In this document: positions 36,369-44,995 of the stretch, one piece after another
Position numbering within the stretch: position 1 is the stretch's first letter
Layout of the letters: each line of letters opens with the position of its first letter
IMG/VR virus record: IMGVR_UViG_3300033149_001657
Coordinates: 1-64,000 of that record
Strand: one strand, 5' to 3'
Origin: a virus
Lineage: Duplodnaviria > Heunggongvirae > Uroviricota > Caudoviricetes
DNA: 64,000 bases
Position numbers and translations under genes: made by a program
Notes under the pieces: generated by a model
What the model was told of the DNA's origin: nothing
Databases searched by the model: none
What the model saw: only the letters and a program-made list of their open reading frames with translations

Positions 36369-36511
36369 AAATATTTTAGTTACTATAAATGGATGTTTAC
36401 CTTTATTCCATGTTTCTCAAGATACTTTCGTAAATACTTTTTTTCTGCAAATGGATCACCATACTTTATCCAAGATAATAGATAACTATCAGAATAGTCT
36501 CTTAAGTTGGA

Positions 36512-36757
36512 TCAGGAAATCTGGACACTTCGATATATCACAAATTTATCAATACGATTAATTATCTTTTTAGCGGTTTTTTCAGACAATTCTTTTAGTA
36601 TCACATCAGTCTTGTCATCTTGATACTTTTTATGGTATGTCTCATGAAGTAATGAATTTATTTCGTGTGAGATCATAGCAAGAACCTTTAGTTTGTTTTT
36701 TCTAATTATACTGAAATCTGGAACATGCAATTCATCGTCTCTTATTCTTAAGCTCAT
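36512..36757 (-). CDS. hypothetical small protein
   Basis: 81-aa ORF. Confidence 0.35.
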   Translation of the reverse strand: MSLRIRDDELHVPDFSIIRKNKLKVLAMISHEINSLLHETYHKKYQDDKTDVILKELSEKTAKKIINRIDKFVIYRSVQIS

Positions 36758-36879
36758 CTCACTTCAGACTCCTTATCACCTACTAGTCTAGCCCTAGTGA
36801 ATTGTAGTACTTGTGTCTCACCTTCTTCCTGAGATATCTCCAGCATCTTATAGACAATATCGCCAAATCTCCAAAGAAT

Positions 36880-37332
36880 CTATTCTTCAAGAAAGAATGG
36901 AGATGGAATGTCATCCAGTGTCCTGATTTGCTTAATGTACTTTAACTTCCTAATAGCTTCAAATCCAACATCCCAACAGGAGTTCTCCATTGCATCGTTT
37001 CTAGCTATCTGTTCAGCTTTATCAGCACTACTAGCTTTTATTATCTTGTGTAGAATAATAGTGGTGTCTCCAATTCTCTCTTCAAAAGTAGCTAGATAGT
37101 AAGACATATGGTTCTCTCCATGCTTGATAACAGTGATGTCTCTTTTTATTTCCTTCTTCTCTTTAAACTCACACTTACAATTGGGACAGTAGTAATATTC
37201 CACTACCTCCGAACTTCCATTATTACCTATCTTAACAATAGGTGGATGATAGTCACGTTCAGCTGTGAATCCACATTCTGGACATTGAACCATCTTTACA
37301 TACTCTCCTTCTATCTGATGGTTCTTATCCAT
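36880..37332 (-). CDS. zinc-ribbon protein
   Basis: Motifs CPECGF..CPNCKCEF. Confidence 0.45.
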   Translation of the reverse strand: MDKNHQIEGEYVKMVQCPECGFTAERDYHPPIVKIGNNGSSEVVEYYYCPNCKCEFKEKKEIKRDITVIKHGENHMSYYLATFEERIGDTTIILHKIIKASSADKAEQIARNDAMENSCWDVGFEAIRKLKYIKQIRTLDDIPSPFFLEE

Positions 37333-37430
37333 CCAAACCTATCTAAGAGCTTCTCTACTACCTTATCTCCGTCTCTCATCCTAATCGCATTCCATCATCT
37401 TCAATTCTCAAACATATCGATCTGTTTTAA

Positions 37431-37475
37431 TAGGGGAGAATTAGAGTTTAACTCTGTCATCCCATTTCTCCCCTA
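37431..37475. other. GC-rich nested hairpin in 230-bp spacer
   Basis: TAGGGGAGAA-[25 nt containing AGAGTTTAACTCT]-TTCTCCCCTA; a perfect 10-bp stem that is unusually GC-rich for this genome. Confidence 0.3.
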
Positions 37476-37563
37476 TGCAATTTAAGGCATTCTTGAATAT
37501 GGATATGCCTTTACATTGCCAACAATACTGAGGGATGACCATGATATAGTATCTGAACTAATT

Positions 37564-37773
37564 TTATATTCTTTTCAGTCTATAAGCATCATGGGATGAA
37601 TCTATTTCTTTGATGATTCTTCTCCATCCATCCTCATGAACCATGTACTGCTTACCATCTTCAGTCATAAAACAGACATACTCTATCTTGTTCTTAGTGT
37701 CTCTCCATTTCCACTTCTCTATTACCTTAATCATTGATCCCGCTTCCATAGATAGTAAAACATTCATCACCAC
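37564..37773 (-). CDS. hypothetical small protein
   Basis: 69-aa ORF. Confidence 0.35.
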   Translation of the reverse strand: MVMNVLLSMEAGSMIKVIEKWKWRDTKNKIEYVCFMTEDGKQYMVHEDGWRRIIKEIDSSHDAYRLKRI

Positions 37774-37899
37774 ATCAGTGGTTCATGTTTCCCTATCATC
37801 CTCTCACTTTCCTCTAATCTATAAATGAAGGAGGTGAGAACAGTGATATAGAATCTATCCATAATAAGATAAACAATCATCTCCAATAAGCTCTTGAAA

Positions 37900-37912
37900 G
37901 ATAGTTACTATC
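37900..37912. promoter_or_regulatory. GATAGTTACTATC junction motif (perfect)
   Basis: Overlaps the stop of gene 37912-38211. Confidence 0.3.
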
Positions 37913-38211
37913 TATATTCCATCAACATAAGGAGAAACTTTATCGTAATCATGTGATATGAAATTTGAAACATTACGACTAATAGCTATATGTATCGATT
38001 CATGCTCTAATAATCTTAATACTAACGAGAATAAGTCCTCTTCAATAAGCTCTCCTCTCATTCTGACTATAACAGTATCATCATCTACCATGTTCTGTTC
38101 AGGAATGAACAGATAGATATTGTGTTTATCAGATTCAGCTACTGAATCAGAAATCATATCTCCAATGATGAGATTAACTGAAGCTTTTTCATCAATAGTA
38201 TACTTTGACAT
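37912..38211 (-). CDS. hypothetical acidic protein
   Basis: 99-aa ORF. Confidence 0.4.
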   Translation of the reverse strand: MSKYTIDEKASVNLIIGDMISDSVAESDKHNIYLFIPEQNMVDDDTVIVRMRGELIEEDLFSLVLRLLEHESIHIAISRNVSNFISHDYDKVSPYVDGI

Positions 38212-38388
38212 CTATGGTCTCCATATACCTTTATCAAGAATTCATTTCTTCAACATCTAATGATAGATTCTTACCACACTTCACACATTTGAAGATAAAC
38301 TTCTTCTTCTCCTTGTCATGCTTGTAGAATCTAAAGACATGAATGCAAGACATAAACAATCCCTTCTTAAATAGATAAAGAAAAAGGA

Positions 38389-38955
38389 TTATCCAAGTTT
38401 ACATACTACCTTTGGTATCTTATCATGGATAAGCTTGATGTGATGTTTGCAAAACTTACATCTATCAACACTGATATAGTCCTTGTGCTTAGGACATGGA
38501 ATAGCTAAGGTAAATACAGAATCAATAAGTCTATGTTTAGCTGTTAAAAGTAGATTGACTGGTTCAGATACATTATCAATGAGCTTGTTAGAAATGTAAG
38601 TTAGTATTCTTTTCACATAAAGAGGAATCTTATAATTGTCATCATAAGCTTTCTCTAGCATTTCCTTGTGAGAATATGAAATAACTAAGTCTCTCTTTAC
38701 ATTAGTAATCTTGACATACATTACAGTAGAACTACCTAAAGCCCTAATGTTCCAGTCCTTAATGCTATATCCTCTCTCAGAGAATACTGAATCTAGTGGA
38801 ATAGGAGTAGGTTTATAACGTCTAGTTTCTGTATAGACTTGAAATGTGTTGTTCTCTCTATCTATCAAAATAGCATTCATTCCATTCTTACCTTTAGCAA
38901 AGCTGACTTCTTTATTGTTAATAACAATAGGCATAAACATCACACACCCATACAT
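38389..38955 (-). CDS. hypothetical protein with C-terminal Cys/His cluster
   Basis: Motif CPKHKDY..CKFCKHH. Confidence 0.4.
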   Translation of the reverse strand: MYGCVMFMPIVINNKEVSFAKGKNGMNAILIDRENNTFQVYTETRRYKPTPIPLDSVFSERGYSIKDWNIRALGSSTVMYVKITNVKRDLVISYSHKEMLEKAYDDNYKIPLYVKRILTYISNKLIDNVSEPVNLLLTAKHRLIDSVFTLAIPCPKHKDYISVDRCKFCKHHIKLIHDKIPKVVCKLG

Positions 38956-38982
38956 AAAAAAAAAGAGGGAGATTGTGTATAT

Positions 38983-39309
38983 CTACGGTTCATAAGTGAT
39001 AGCTATTGTCTTAACTCCGTTTTCATTCTCTTCAGCATTTTCCAACTGATCGCATAATACTATTAGAAATTGACGTATTCCCTGAGCCATAGTCTTACGT
39101 GCTTGGTTATTGGTCTTTGGTATTTCCTTACCATCTTTTCTCTCAGTGTATACTATGTTACCATCTTCGTCTCTAACGAATTTCTCTGTATACTGAATAT
39201 CTAGAAAACGACAAAGCTTCTTTACTTGGGGTTCTGGAATCCTGACAGGTAGAAATTCCTCTGGAGACTTCTCGACATCAACCCTTCGGTTTCCAATGGT
39301 CATGGGCAT
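38983..39309 (-). CDS. hypothetical protein
   Basis: 108-aa ORF; a 300-bp regulatory-looking spacer lies upstream. Confidence 0.4.
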   Translation of the reverse strand: MPMTIGNRRVDVEKSPEEFLPVRIPEPQVKKLCRFLDIQYTEKFVRDEDGNIVYTERKDGKEIPKTNNQARKTMAQGIRQFLIVLCDQLENAEENENGVKTIAITYEP

Positions 39310-39622
39310 TTCTGCTTCATCTCTCCGTTTTTCCGAAAGTGAGAAACCATAAGCTAGAGTAGTATATAAATGTTTCTGTTTCTGCGATAATCTAAAGCTT
39401 TAGTTACTATCTTTTAAGCTTGAAAAGACAGTTTTCGTTTCTTCTCCCTTCTTATCCCAAATGGAAAGCTCCGATCATGGAGATTTTACGGTTTTTCTCT
39501 TCTTTACGATAACAACAACAGAATCCATACATTCCATTCTCCTAATCCCAAAGAAAGAAGCTACTATATTATATTAAGAAGTTCATGTTCTAGAGATGCT
39601 TATTCTCTTTATAAAAAAAAGA

Positions 39623-39850
39623 TTAGGGGTGTTTGAGTAGAGCTTTCAGAGTTCTTATTCGTTCTCTCCAGATTCTAAAGGCGTTGTTCTCTAGAGATCT
39701 CTGATGATTGACCATAGATTTGAACTCTCCAGATGTTTCATAAAGTATTGAATATCTCCTTATCATCTCATTGCTTATCCTGTTTTTCCCTAGATGTTGA
39801 ATGTCTTGATATACTCTCTGAATTTCTCTCTTAATGTCCTCTACGTTCAT
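39623..39850 (-). CDS. early-region small protein
   Basis: Preceded by palindrome copy a. Confidence 0.4.
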   Translation of the reverse strand: MNVEDIKREIQRVYQDIQHLGKNRISNEMIRRYSILYETSGEFKSMVNHQRSLENNAFRIWRERIRTLKALLKHP

Positions 39851-39912
39851 ACTCCGTTATCTCCCAAAGGTGTTCTAGAATAAGAAGTATCGGCTTATAA
39901 AGATTTGGATAA

Positions 39913-39942
39913 TTCAACAATCTTAGTAAGCTTATTGCATAA
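39913..39942. promoter_or_regulatory. early palindromic promoter/operator motif, copy a
   Basis: ttcaacaatcTTAGTAAGcttattgcataa followed by an A-run; upstream of gene 39623-39850. Confidence 0.4.
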
Positions 39943-39983
39943 TCAATTAAAAAAATGGTAACTAACGATAGTAACTAAACTCT

Positions 39984-40235
39984 CTACTTCGATGAACTAA
40001 CCTTCTTTCTCCAGCTCCAATATTTGGATCCTCTTAGCTTTTCAACATTAGATAAGGCACTGTTGAGAGCTTCACTGACATCCTTGAATCCATCTCCATA
40101 TACTCTAAACTCCCAAATAGCTATGGCATATTCCCTTTCATCATTTCTCCTACTAACATCAGCTATCTCAATAAGATACTCTCCATCTGAAACTCTTAAT
40201 GGACTAACAAACTCTCTCTTACTCATTCTCATCAT
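39984..40235 (-). CDS. early-region small protein
   Basis: Preceded by palindrome copy b plus a GATAGTAACTA motif. Confidence 0.4.
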   Translation of the reverse strand: MMRMSKREFVSPLRVSDGEYLIEIADVSRRNDEREYAIAIWEFRVYGDGFKDVSEALNSALSNVEKLRGSKYWSWRKKVSSSK

Positions 40236-40286
40236 CTCCTAGTGTTTGAAAGGGATAGTAACTAAAAGTATTAATAAGCTTTGGGA

Positions 40287-40316
40287 TTATGCAACAATCT
40301 TACTAAGCATATTGTA
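40287..40316. promoter_or_regulatory. early palindromic motif, copy b
   Basis: ttaTGCAACAatCTTACTAAGcatattgta plus A9. Confidence 0.45.
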
Positions 40317-40323
40317 AAAAAAA

Positions 40324-40336
40324 AGATAGTAACTAT
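40324..40336. promoter_or_regulatory. GATAGTAACTATC junction motif (perfect) followed by a 9-nt A/T run
   Basis: Between the stop of 40339-40755 and palindrome copy b. In the transcript the 5-bp-stem hairpin plus U9 looks like a weak terminator. Confidence 0.3.
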
Positions 40337-40338
40337 CT

Positions 40339-40755
40339 CTAGTTATCCTCTAGATAGATATGGAAGTAACAATAGAACATTGGTAGCTCATATATGTCAT
40401 CCTCATCTGTCTCTATTTCTTCAATAGGTTCAAAGAAATCATCATCCATCCTTATTCCATCCTCAAGAGCATCCTTGAAAGCTTTGACAAAGTCTTCCTC
40501 TGTAAGGTTCCTTATCTCATCTTCATATTGCTTGAACAAATCCTCGTTTATAGGAACATAGTCACTAGCTCTTAGCTCTTCCTCTAGTATATCTATTATG
40601 TCGGATACTGTCTCTCTATAGTCTATTGGAAAGCCAACTGGTAGACAGGCTACTAGATTCTCCTCTGCAAAGGCATGTCCATGTCCTTGAAAAAAGCTTG
40701 GATCTCCATTATACGTTTCATCTAGCTCTATTACGAATCTAACCATCTGGATCAC
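40339..40755 (-). CDS. early-region acidic protein (GTG start)
   Basis: Preceded by palindrome copy c and the TAGTAACTAT motif 9 nt before GTG. Confidence 0.4.
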   Translation of the reverse strand: MIQMVRFVIELDETYNGDPSFFQGHGHAFAEENLVACLPVGFPIDYRETVSDIIDILEEELRASDYVPINEDLFKQYEDEIRNLTEEDFVKAFKDALEDGIRMDDDFFEPIEEIETDEDDIYELPMFYCYFHIYLEDN

Positions 40756-40797
40756 CAGAACATAGTTACTAACCTAATTGATATTTAAATCTATATG

Positions 40798-40827
40798 TTA
40801 TGCAACAATCTTAGTAAGAGTGTTGTA
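40798..40827. promoter_or_regulatory. early palindromic motif, copy c
   Basis: ttaTGCAACAatCTTAGTAAGagTGTTGTA plus A11. Confidence 0.45.
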
Positions 40828-40847
40828 AAAAAAAAAAGAAAAGAGAA

Positions 40848-41213
40848 TTATGTTGTATTCGATTGAATCATGTCTAGTAGAGTATCAACAAAGTTCTCAT
40901 TGTAAGGAATATACTCATTTGATCCTCCACTGTAATCTTTGAAATCTCTAGCTCTCCTAATCAACATTGAATTCATCAACTTGTATCTAACATCTCCAGT
41001 ACTAAAGTAGAAGACTCTACCATCATTGACTTCAAAGAATCCACTTATAAAGAAGTGTCCTTTATGAAACTCAATCCTCTTTATGTAAGGCTTCAAGATC
41101 CTCCGTATGTCTTTGGTAAAGGTTCTGTAGAATCTTCTAAATTGTTCTGTCTCTCTAGCACTACTCTCAAATCCATCTTCCAACATGTCAAGACTCTTTA
41201 GCTTCATCTTCAA
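40848..41213 (-). CDS. early-region protein
   Basis: Preceded by palindrome copy d. Confidence 0.4.
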   Translation of the reverse strand: MKMKLKSLDMLEDGFESSARETEQFRRFYRTFTKDIRRILKPYIKRIEFHKGHFFISGFFEVNDGRVFYFSTGDVRYKLMNSMLIRRARDFKDYSGGSNEYIPYNENFVDTLLDMIQSNTT

Positions 41214-41258
41214 TTACCCTGAACAAGGATTATTACTGTCTCTTTATAAGACTTTACG

Positions 41259-41288
41259 TTATGCAACATACTTAGTAAGGATGTAGTA
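41259..41288. promoter_or_regulatory. early palindromic motif, copy d
   Basis: ttaTGCAACAtaCTTAGTAAGgatgtagta. Confidence 0.4.
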
Positions 41289-41308
41289 AAATACGAATCA
41301 TAAAAAAG

Positions 41309-41743
41309 CTAGGAAGCTTCTGTATCCTGTTCAGAAGCTTCACTAGACGATGTATCTAGTTCGTTCTCTGGTTCTGATGTCCATAAAAAATTTGGTGGTA
41401 AAGGGAGTTTAGGTCTTCCTACCTTCTCATCAAGAGCTTCCCTAGTTATCTTTAGGAAACTATCTAGATCAACTCCATACTCAATCATTAGATCGTTTAT
41501 CTTTTCTAGTATAGATCTTAGCTTCACTAGCTCATCAATCTGAGCTGTTTTCCTTCCAGCAAAGTGTAGAGCTTCCTCCACACTATCGAATCCTGTATAT
41601 TTCCACTCTTTTCTTATCAGTACATCGATTGTTTCTGAATCAGTTGATTCCTTTACTTCAACCTCTAGACCTCTAACATAGAATTTCCTGATGTTCTCTG
41701 CTCTTATCTGTTTCATCAGATCCATCAAACTTGAACCAAACAT
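41309..41743 (-). CDS. early-region protein
   Basis: Preceded by palindrome copy e. Confidence 0.4.
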   Translation of the reverse strand: MFGSSLMDLMKQIRAENIRKFYVRGLEVEVKESTDSETIDVLIRKEWKYTGFDSVEEALHFAGRKTAQIDELVKLRSILEKINDLMIEYGVDLDSFLKITREALDEKVGRPKLPLPPNFLWTSEPENELDTSSSEASEQDTEAS

Positions 41744-41793
41744 TTCAATTCCTTCCGAACCAAAGTCAGTATCTAGACTTATAAAGATTAAGG

Positions 41794-41825
41794 TTATGCA
41801 ACGAGCTTACTAAGGTTGTTGCATT
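41794..41825. promoter_or_regulatory. early palindromic motif, copy e (perfect arms ATGCAAC / GTTGCAT)
   Basis: ttATGCAACgagCTTACTAAGgttGTTGCATt plus A9. Confidence 0.45.
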
Positions 41826-41841
41826 AAAAAAAAAGGAAAGA

Positions 41842-42408
41842 TTACATGTAGTCGATATTGTTAGCTTGTAGATTGATTATGTCCCATCCAGTTACTCCTA
41901 ATAGATTCACTGCTCTATCAAGATAGAACCCTACTAGACCAAACAGAGCTTGAGCATTATGCTTATAGACTGTTTTGGCATATCTAAGAGCATCAGCTAC
42001 TGATCTAAAGTATCTAATCTTGATTTCTCCATAGAGTCCATGATTACGAGTCCTAACCTCAGAATCCACATCACAAGTCATAGATCCCTTAATAGATTCC
42101 ATGTTTACAGGAACTCCTCCACAGTATCGATATGATACATAGATCTTCATCTCATCAGAGTCCAGACTCATGTTCTCATACTCATTAGCTGATCTGAGAT
42201 AGTCACTATTTAGAGATCTAGGAGATACTACGATCTCAGTCTCCATCACCACTGGGTATGGATCATTGTCATATTTTTCATCTAGTTCCCTCATGTCTAT
42301 AGCTTCACATATCAGACCCAGATAGATATCCTTATCGTCATCCAGTTGACACTTGAATGATTCATCGTCTATGTAGATAACGTTCTCATCCAGTTCCAAT
42401 ATCCTCAC
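41842..42408 (-). CDS. early-region protein (188 aa)
   Basis: Preceded by palindrome copy f, a CTTATATTT box, the TAGTAACTAAGG motif and an AGGTGAT SD. Confidence 0.4.
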   Translation of the reverse strand: MRILELDENVIYIDDESFKCQLDDDKDIYLGLICEAIDMRELDEKYDNDPYPVVMETEIVVSPRSLNSDYLRSANEYENMSLDSDEMKIYVSYRYCGGVPVNMESIKGSMTCDVDSEVRTRNHGLYGEIKIRYFRSVADALRYAKTVYKHNAQALFGLVGFYLDRAVNLLGVTGWDIINLQANNIDYM

Positions 42409-42462
42409 GTCAAATCACCTAGACCTTAGTTACTAGACCTTACAAATATAAGCCTAGTGGTT

Positions 42463-42490
42463 TTGCAACAGTCTTAGTAAGGATGTTGTA
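42463..42490. promoter_or_regulatory. early palindromic motif, copy f
   Basis: tTGCAACAgtCTTAGTAAGgaTGTTGTA. Confidence 0.45.
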
Positions 42491-42639
42491 TTACTTAGAT
42501 CTCAATGCTGGCTGAATAATAAGCATAGCAACTAAAGATCTAGCTTGGTTCTCTGGAAAGTGTTGAAAGAAATATTTGATCTTCTCCTCATCAGTCATGT
42601 CTTTTGTTCTTCGATAGATTTCTCCTAAAGTCATCTTCA

Positions 42640-42915
42640 TTACTTATTACCTCTTGGTTTTCTAAAGAATAAGGTTATTCTCAAGACATCATTGCCTAAT
42701 GCAGTTGGTTTCAGCTTAGTGGACCTGAAATATTCATACCCTAAACCTTTCATCTTCTTCTTTATCTCATCCATTTTCCTATTGATTAAATCCCGATCTC
42801 CATAAACTCCAATGCTAGCTCTGATGTATTCACCTTTGTAATAAACCGAAGGATGAGTTACCCAATAGCTATTACAGCAAGTCTGATCTACTCTCCACCA
42901 CTCAGTTGAGCTCAT
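42640..42915 (-). CDS. early-region basic protein
   Basis: Preceded by degenerate palindrome copy g and a GATAGTGACTAT motif. Confidence 0.4.
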   Translation of the reverse strand: MSSTEWWRVDQTCCNSYWVTHPSVYYKGEYIRASIGVYGDRDLINRKMDEIKKKMKGLGYEYFRSTKLKPTALGNDVLRITLFFRKPRGNK

Positions 42916-42963
42916 ATCGAATCACCGACACATAGTCACTATCTCTGCTTTTAAGACTTAGGT

Positions 42964-42990
42964 TTATGCAACATATTTGTGTGAATAGAC
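42964..42990. promoter_or_regulatory. early palindromic motif, copy g (degenerate right arm)
   Basis: ttaTGCAACAtatttgtgtgaatagac. Confidence 0.25.
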
Positions 42991-43016
42991 TTATACTTGT
43001 TTATCACTGTTCATAT

Positions 43017-43184
43017 TCATATTCTCTCTGTCCTGACTGACATCCAATCCACTGGATTATCTCCACACGAAATAGCTGAAGCTAAGTCTTCTTCAAAAAA
43101 TTCGATAGCTTCAGATTCAGCTTCTTCTTCATTATCAGCTTCCAACTCACATTCCCACGAAATTCTAACTCTGTACTTTGGCAC
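43017..43184 (-). CDS. small acidic protein (55 aa, GTG start) found by manual translation
   Basis: Downstream of palindrome copy h; GGTGAT SD 7 nt before GTG; below the ORF-track size cutoff. Confidence 0.3.
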   Translation of the reverse strand: MPKYRVRISWECELEADNEEEAESEAIEFFEEDLASAISCGDNPVDWMSVRTERI

Positions 43185-43233
43185 TTAAATCACCAGAACC
43201 TAGATAAGCATATCACTATATAAGATTAAGGGT

Positions 43234-43263
43234 TTTGCAACACACTTAGTAAGACTGTTGCAT
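43234..43263. promoter_or_regulatory. early palindromic motif, copy h
   Basis: ttTGCAACAcaCTTAGTAAGacTGTTGCAt. Confidence 0.45.
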
Positions 43264-43431
43264 CAGATCATCTAGCACTTTGATATATTCTTCTAACCAT
43301 CTCAGGTACATGTTTCTTGATAAAGTTGTAATCTGGTTTGATATTGTGTTTTTCACAGCTTTCAATGTATTTCTTTACCCATTTGATACCGATGTCCCAA
43401 GATTTGTGTAGAGTAATCAAAGTCATCATCT

Positions 43432-43746
43432 CTATTGAAGTTTATAGCAACATTCAGAGCATTCTAAGTTTACATGATAGGTATCTTTTCCACATCTAAG
43501 ACATGGAGCAAAACACTGACAGCTACCAAACTGCCAATAGTATAGACAGTTATTTTCTCTACAGAAATCTGGAATCTCATCTCTATAGACAGCTCTAAGA
43601 AACTTTGTCTTATCAAATCTGGGATTATCCAGCTCAAAGTATCTACATAGTCGCCTTACTATCTCCTCTTTGTTTGGTGAAACCCTCAATATCCCAGCTA
43701 TATCCTTATAGTATTTCTTGCTCAACATTTTAATCACAATTCTCAA
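43432..43746 (-). CDS. Cys-rich protein
   Basis: Motifs CQCFAPCLRCGKDTYHVNLECSECC; preceded by palindrome copy i. Confidence 0.4.
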   Translation of the reverse strand: MRIVIKMLSKKYYKDIAGILRVSPNKEEIVRRLCRYFELDNPRFDKTKFLRAVYRDEIPDFCRENNCLYYWQFGSCQCFAPCLRCGKDTYHVNLECSECCYKLQ

Positions 43747-43775
43747 CTAGACAAATCTCTTTAAAAGCATTAGGG

Positions 43776-43838
43776 TTATGCAACATCTTTATTAAGCTAA
43801 TTGCATAATTCAACATGCTTATATAATCATGTTGAAGA
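43776..43838. promoter_or_regulatory. double palindromic motif, copies i and i2
   Basis: ttATGCAACAtctttattaagctaaTTGCATaa followed by tTCAACATGcttatataatCATGTTGAag, a palindrome centred on a TATAAT-like box. Sits between divergent genes 43432-43746(-) and 43935-44681(+). Confidence 0.45.
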
Positions 43839-43934
43839 TACATAATCAGCTTAAGATTATTCCGATAATACCCAAAATCTTAAATATACCTTATTATCTA
43901 TGGATAAGCAAAAACGTAAAGGTGAAACGTAGAA

Positions 43935-44681
43935 ATGGTTAGACCGAGAAAAATCCATATAAGCAAAGAACAGATGAGAATTTGGTTAGAAAATGGAATG
44001 AGCTATAGAGAAATAACACGAGAAATTAAAAAGCTCTATGGCTTAAAATTTGACCCCTCAACGATATATAGGCATACCGTAAGACTCGGACTAAAAGACA
44101 AAAATATACACAAACAATATAAAGACTTTTGTAGAGAACACAAGAAAAAAGTTAAGAGAATCAATACACATTTAGCGACTAAAGCTAATTGCTATATGGA
44201 CATCACAGAGATAAGCTTTAGATCACAAAAGGGCAAACATAAGAGATCAGTTAAACGATATTTTGTGAGCTTAAAGGTAGAGAAAAAACTATATCTTTAT
44301 TACATCAAAGATCAAACAAAAGCTTCAATCCTAACAGCTATGATACATCTAAAGGAATTTATGCCAGCAAATCCGATTTGTTTAGTTGATACACAATTTA
44401 ACCCAAAGCTTCCCGAAAGATCAGAGATAACATTTTGTAACACAGAGAAATGGCATCCAATTAAAAATATGGTTGAAAAACATCACGGATTCAAGACAAA
44501 TATATACGCTAAATTCTGGAAGTTCAAGACCGTATCTTACTCAAAGATGAACGATGAATCTAAAAGACAGCTCCTAAGGATATACATTGAAACGATAGAA
44601 CGTAATGAACACATTGAGATAATCAACAAGGATGAAATGATAACAGAGATATGTAGATTAGCCGAAGCTCAACAACTATAA
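43935..44681 (+). CDS. basic HTH-domain protein, candidate transcriptional regulator (alternatively transposase-like)
   Basis: N-terminal helix-turn-helix MSYREITREIKKLYGLK..STIYRH. The only plus-strand gene in the early region; flanked by inverted copies of the palindromic motif (43809-43838 and 44701-44731). Confidence 0.45.
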   Translation: MVRPRKIHISKEQMRIWLENGMSYREITREIKKLYGLKFDPSTIYRHTVRLGLKDKNIHKQYKDFCREHKKKVKRINTHLATKANCYMDITEISFRSQKGKHKRSVKRYFVSLKVEKKLYLYYIKDQTKASILTAMIHLKEFMPANPICLVDTQFNPKLPERSEITFCNTEKWHPIKNMVEKHHGFKTNIYAKFWKFKTVSYSKMNDESKRQLLRIYIETIERNEHIEIINKDEMITEICRLAEAQQL

Positions 44682-44700
44682 ATCCAAACTCTTTTTTTTT

Positions 44701-44731
44701 TATGCAACAGAATTATATAAGCATGTTGAAA
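44701..44731. promoter_or_regulatory. palindromic motif, copy j (inverted copy of i2) after HTH gene
   Basis: tatgcaacagaattatataagcatgttgaaa; its reverse complement matches 43809-43838 at about 25 of 28 positions. Confidence 0.4.
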
Positions 44732-44976
44732 TAAACGAATAAGAAACGGAGGAGGAGAGATGAGAAATAGATACCTGGACTTAAAATGTACAAGTAAAAT
44801 GTACAAGTAATATCTCTGACTCTATAAAATTTTTAGGAGCTTAAGTTACTATCTTCTAAAAATCTTTTAAATCTGGACAATAAAAACATTACATCATGAG
44901 CAGTGCCTACTGAGATAAAAATAAACGAATCTGATTTGCTTAGCTTCCTCATAAGAATTTTCAGAGTTCTCTCTAA

Positions 44977-44989
44977 GATAGTAACTATC
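44977..44989. promoter_or_regulatory. GATAGTAACTATC junction motif (perfect) just downstream of terL
   Basis: Perfect palindrome 7 nt after the terL stop. Confidence 0.3.
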
Positions 44990-44995
44990 TCATCT

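Noticed and set aside
39913-44731. Considered whether the repeated roughly 30-bp palindromes form a CRISPR array.
   Set aside because: The intervening spacers are 400-550 bp and contain genes. The repeats are imperfect and each sits in a promoter position. No cas genes are present. The pattern fits operators and promoters, not CRISPR.
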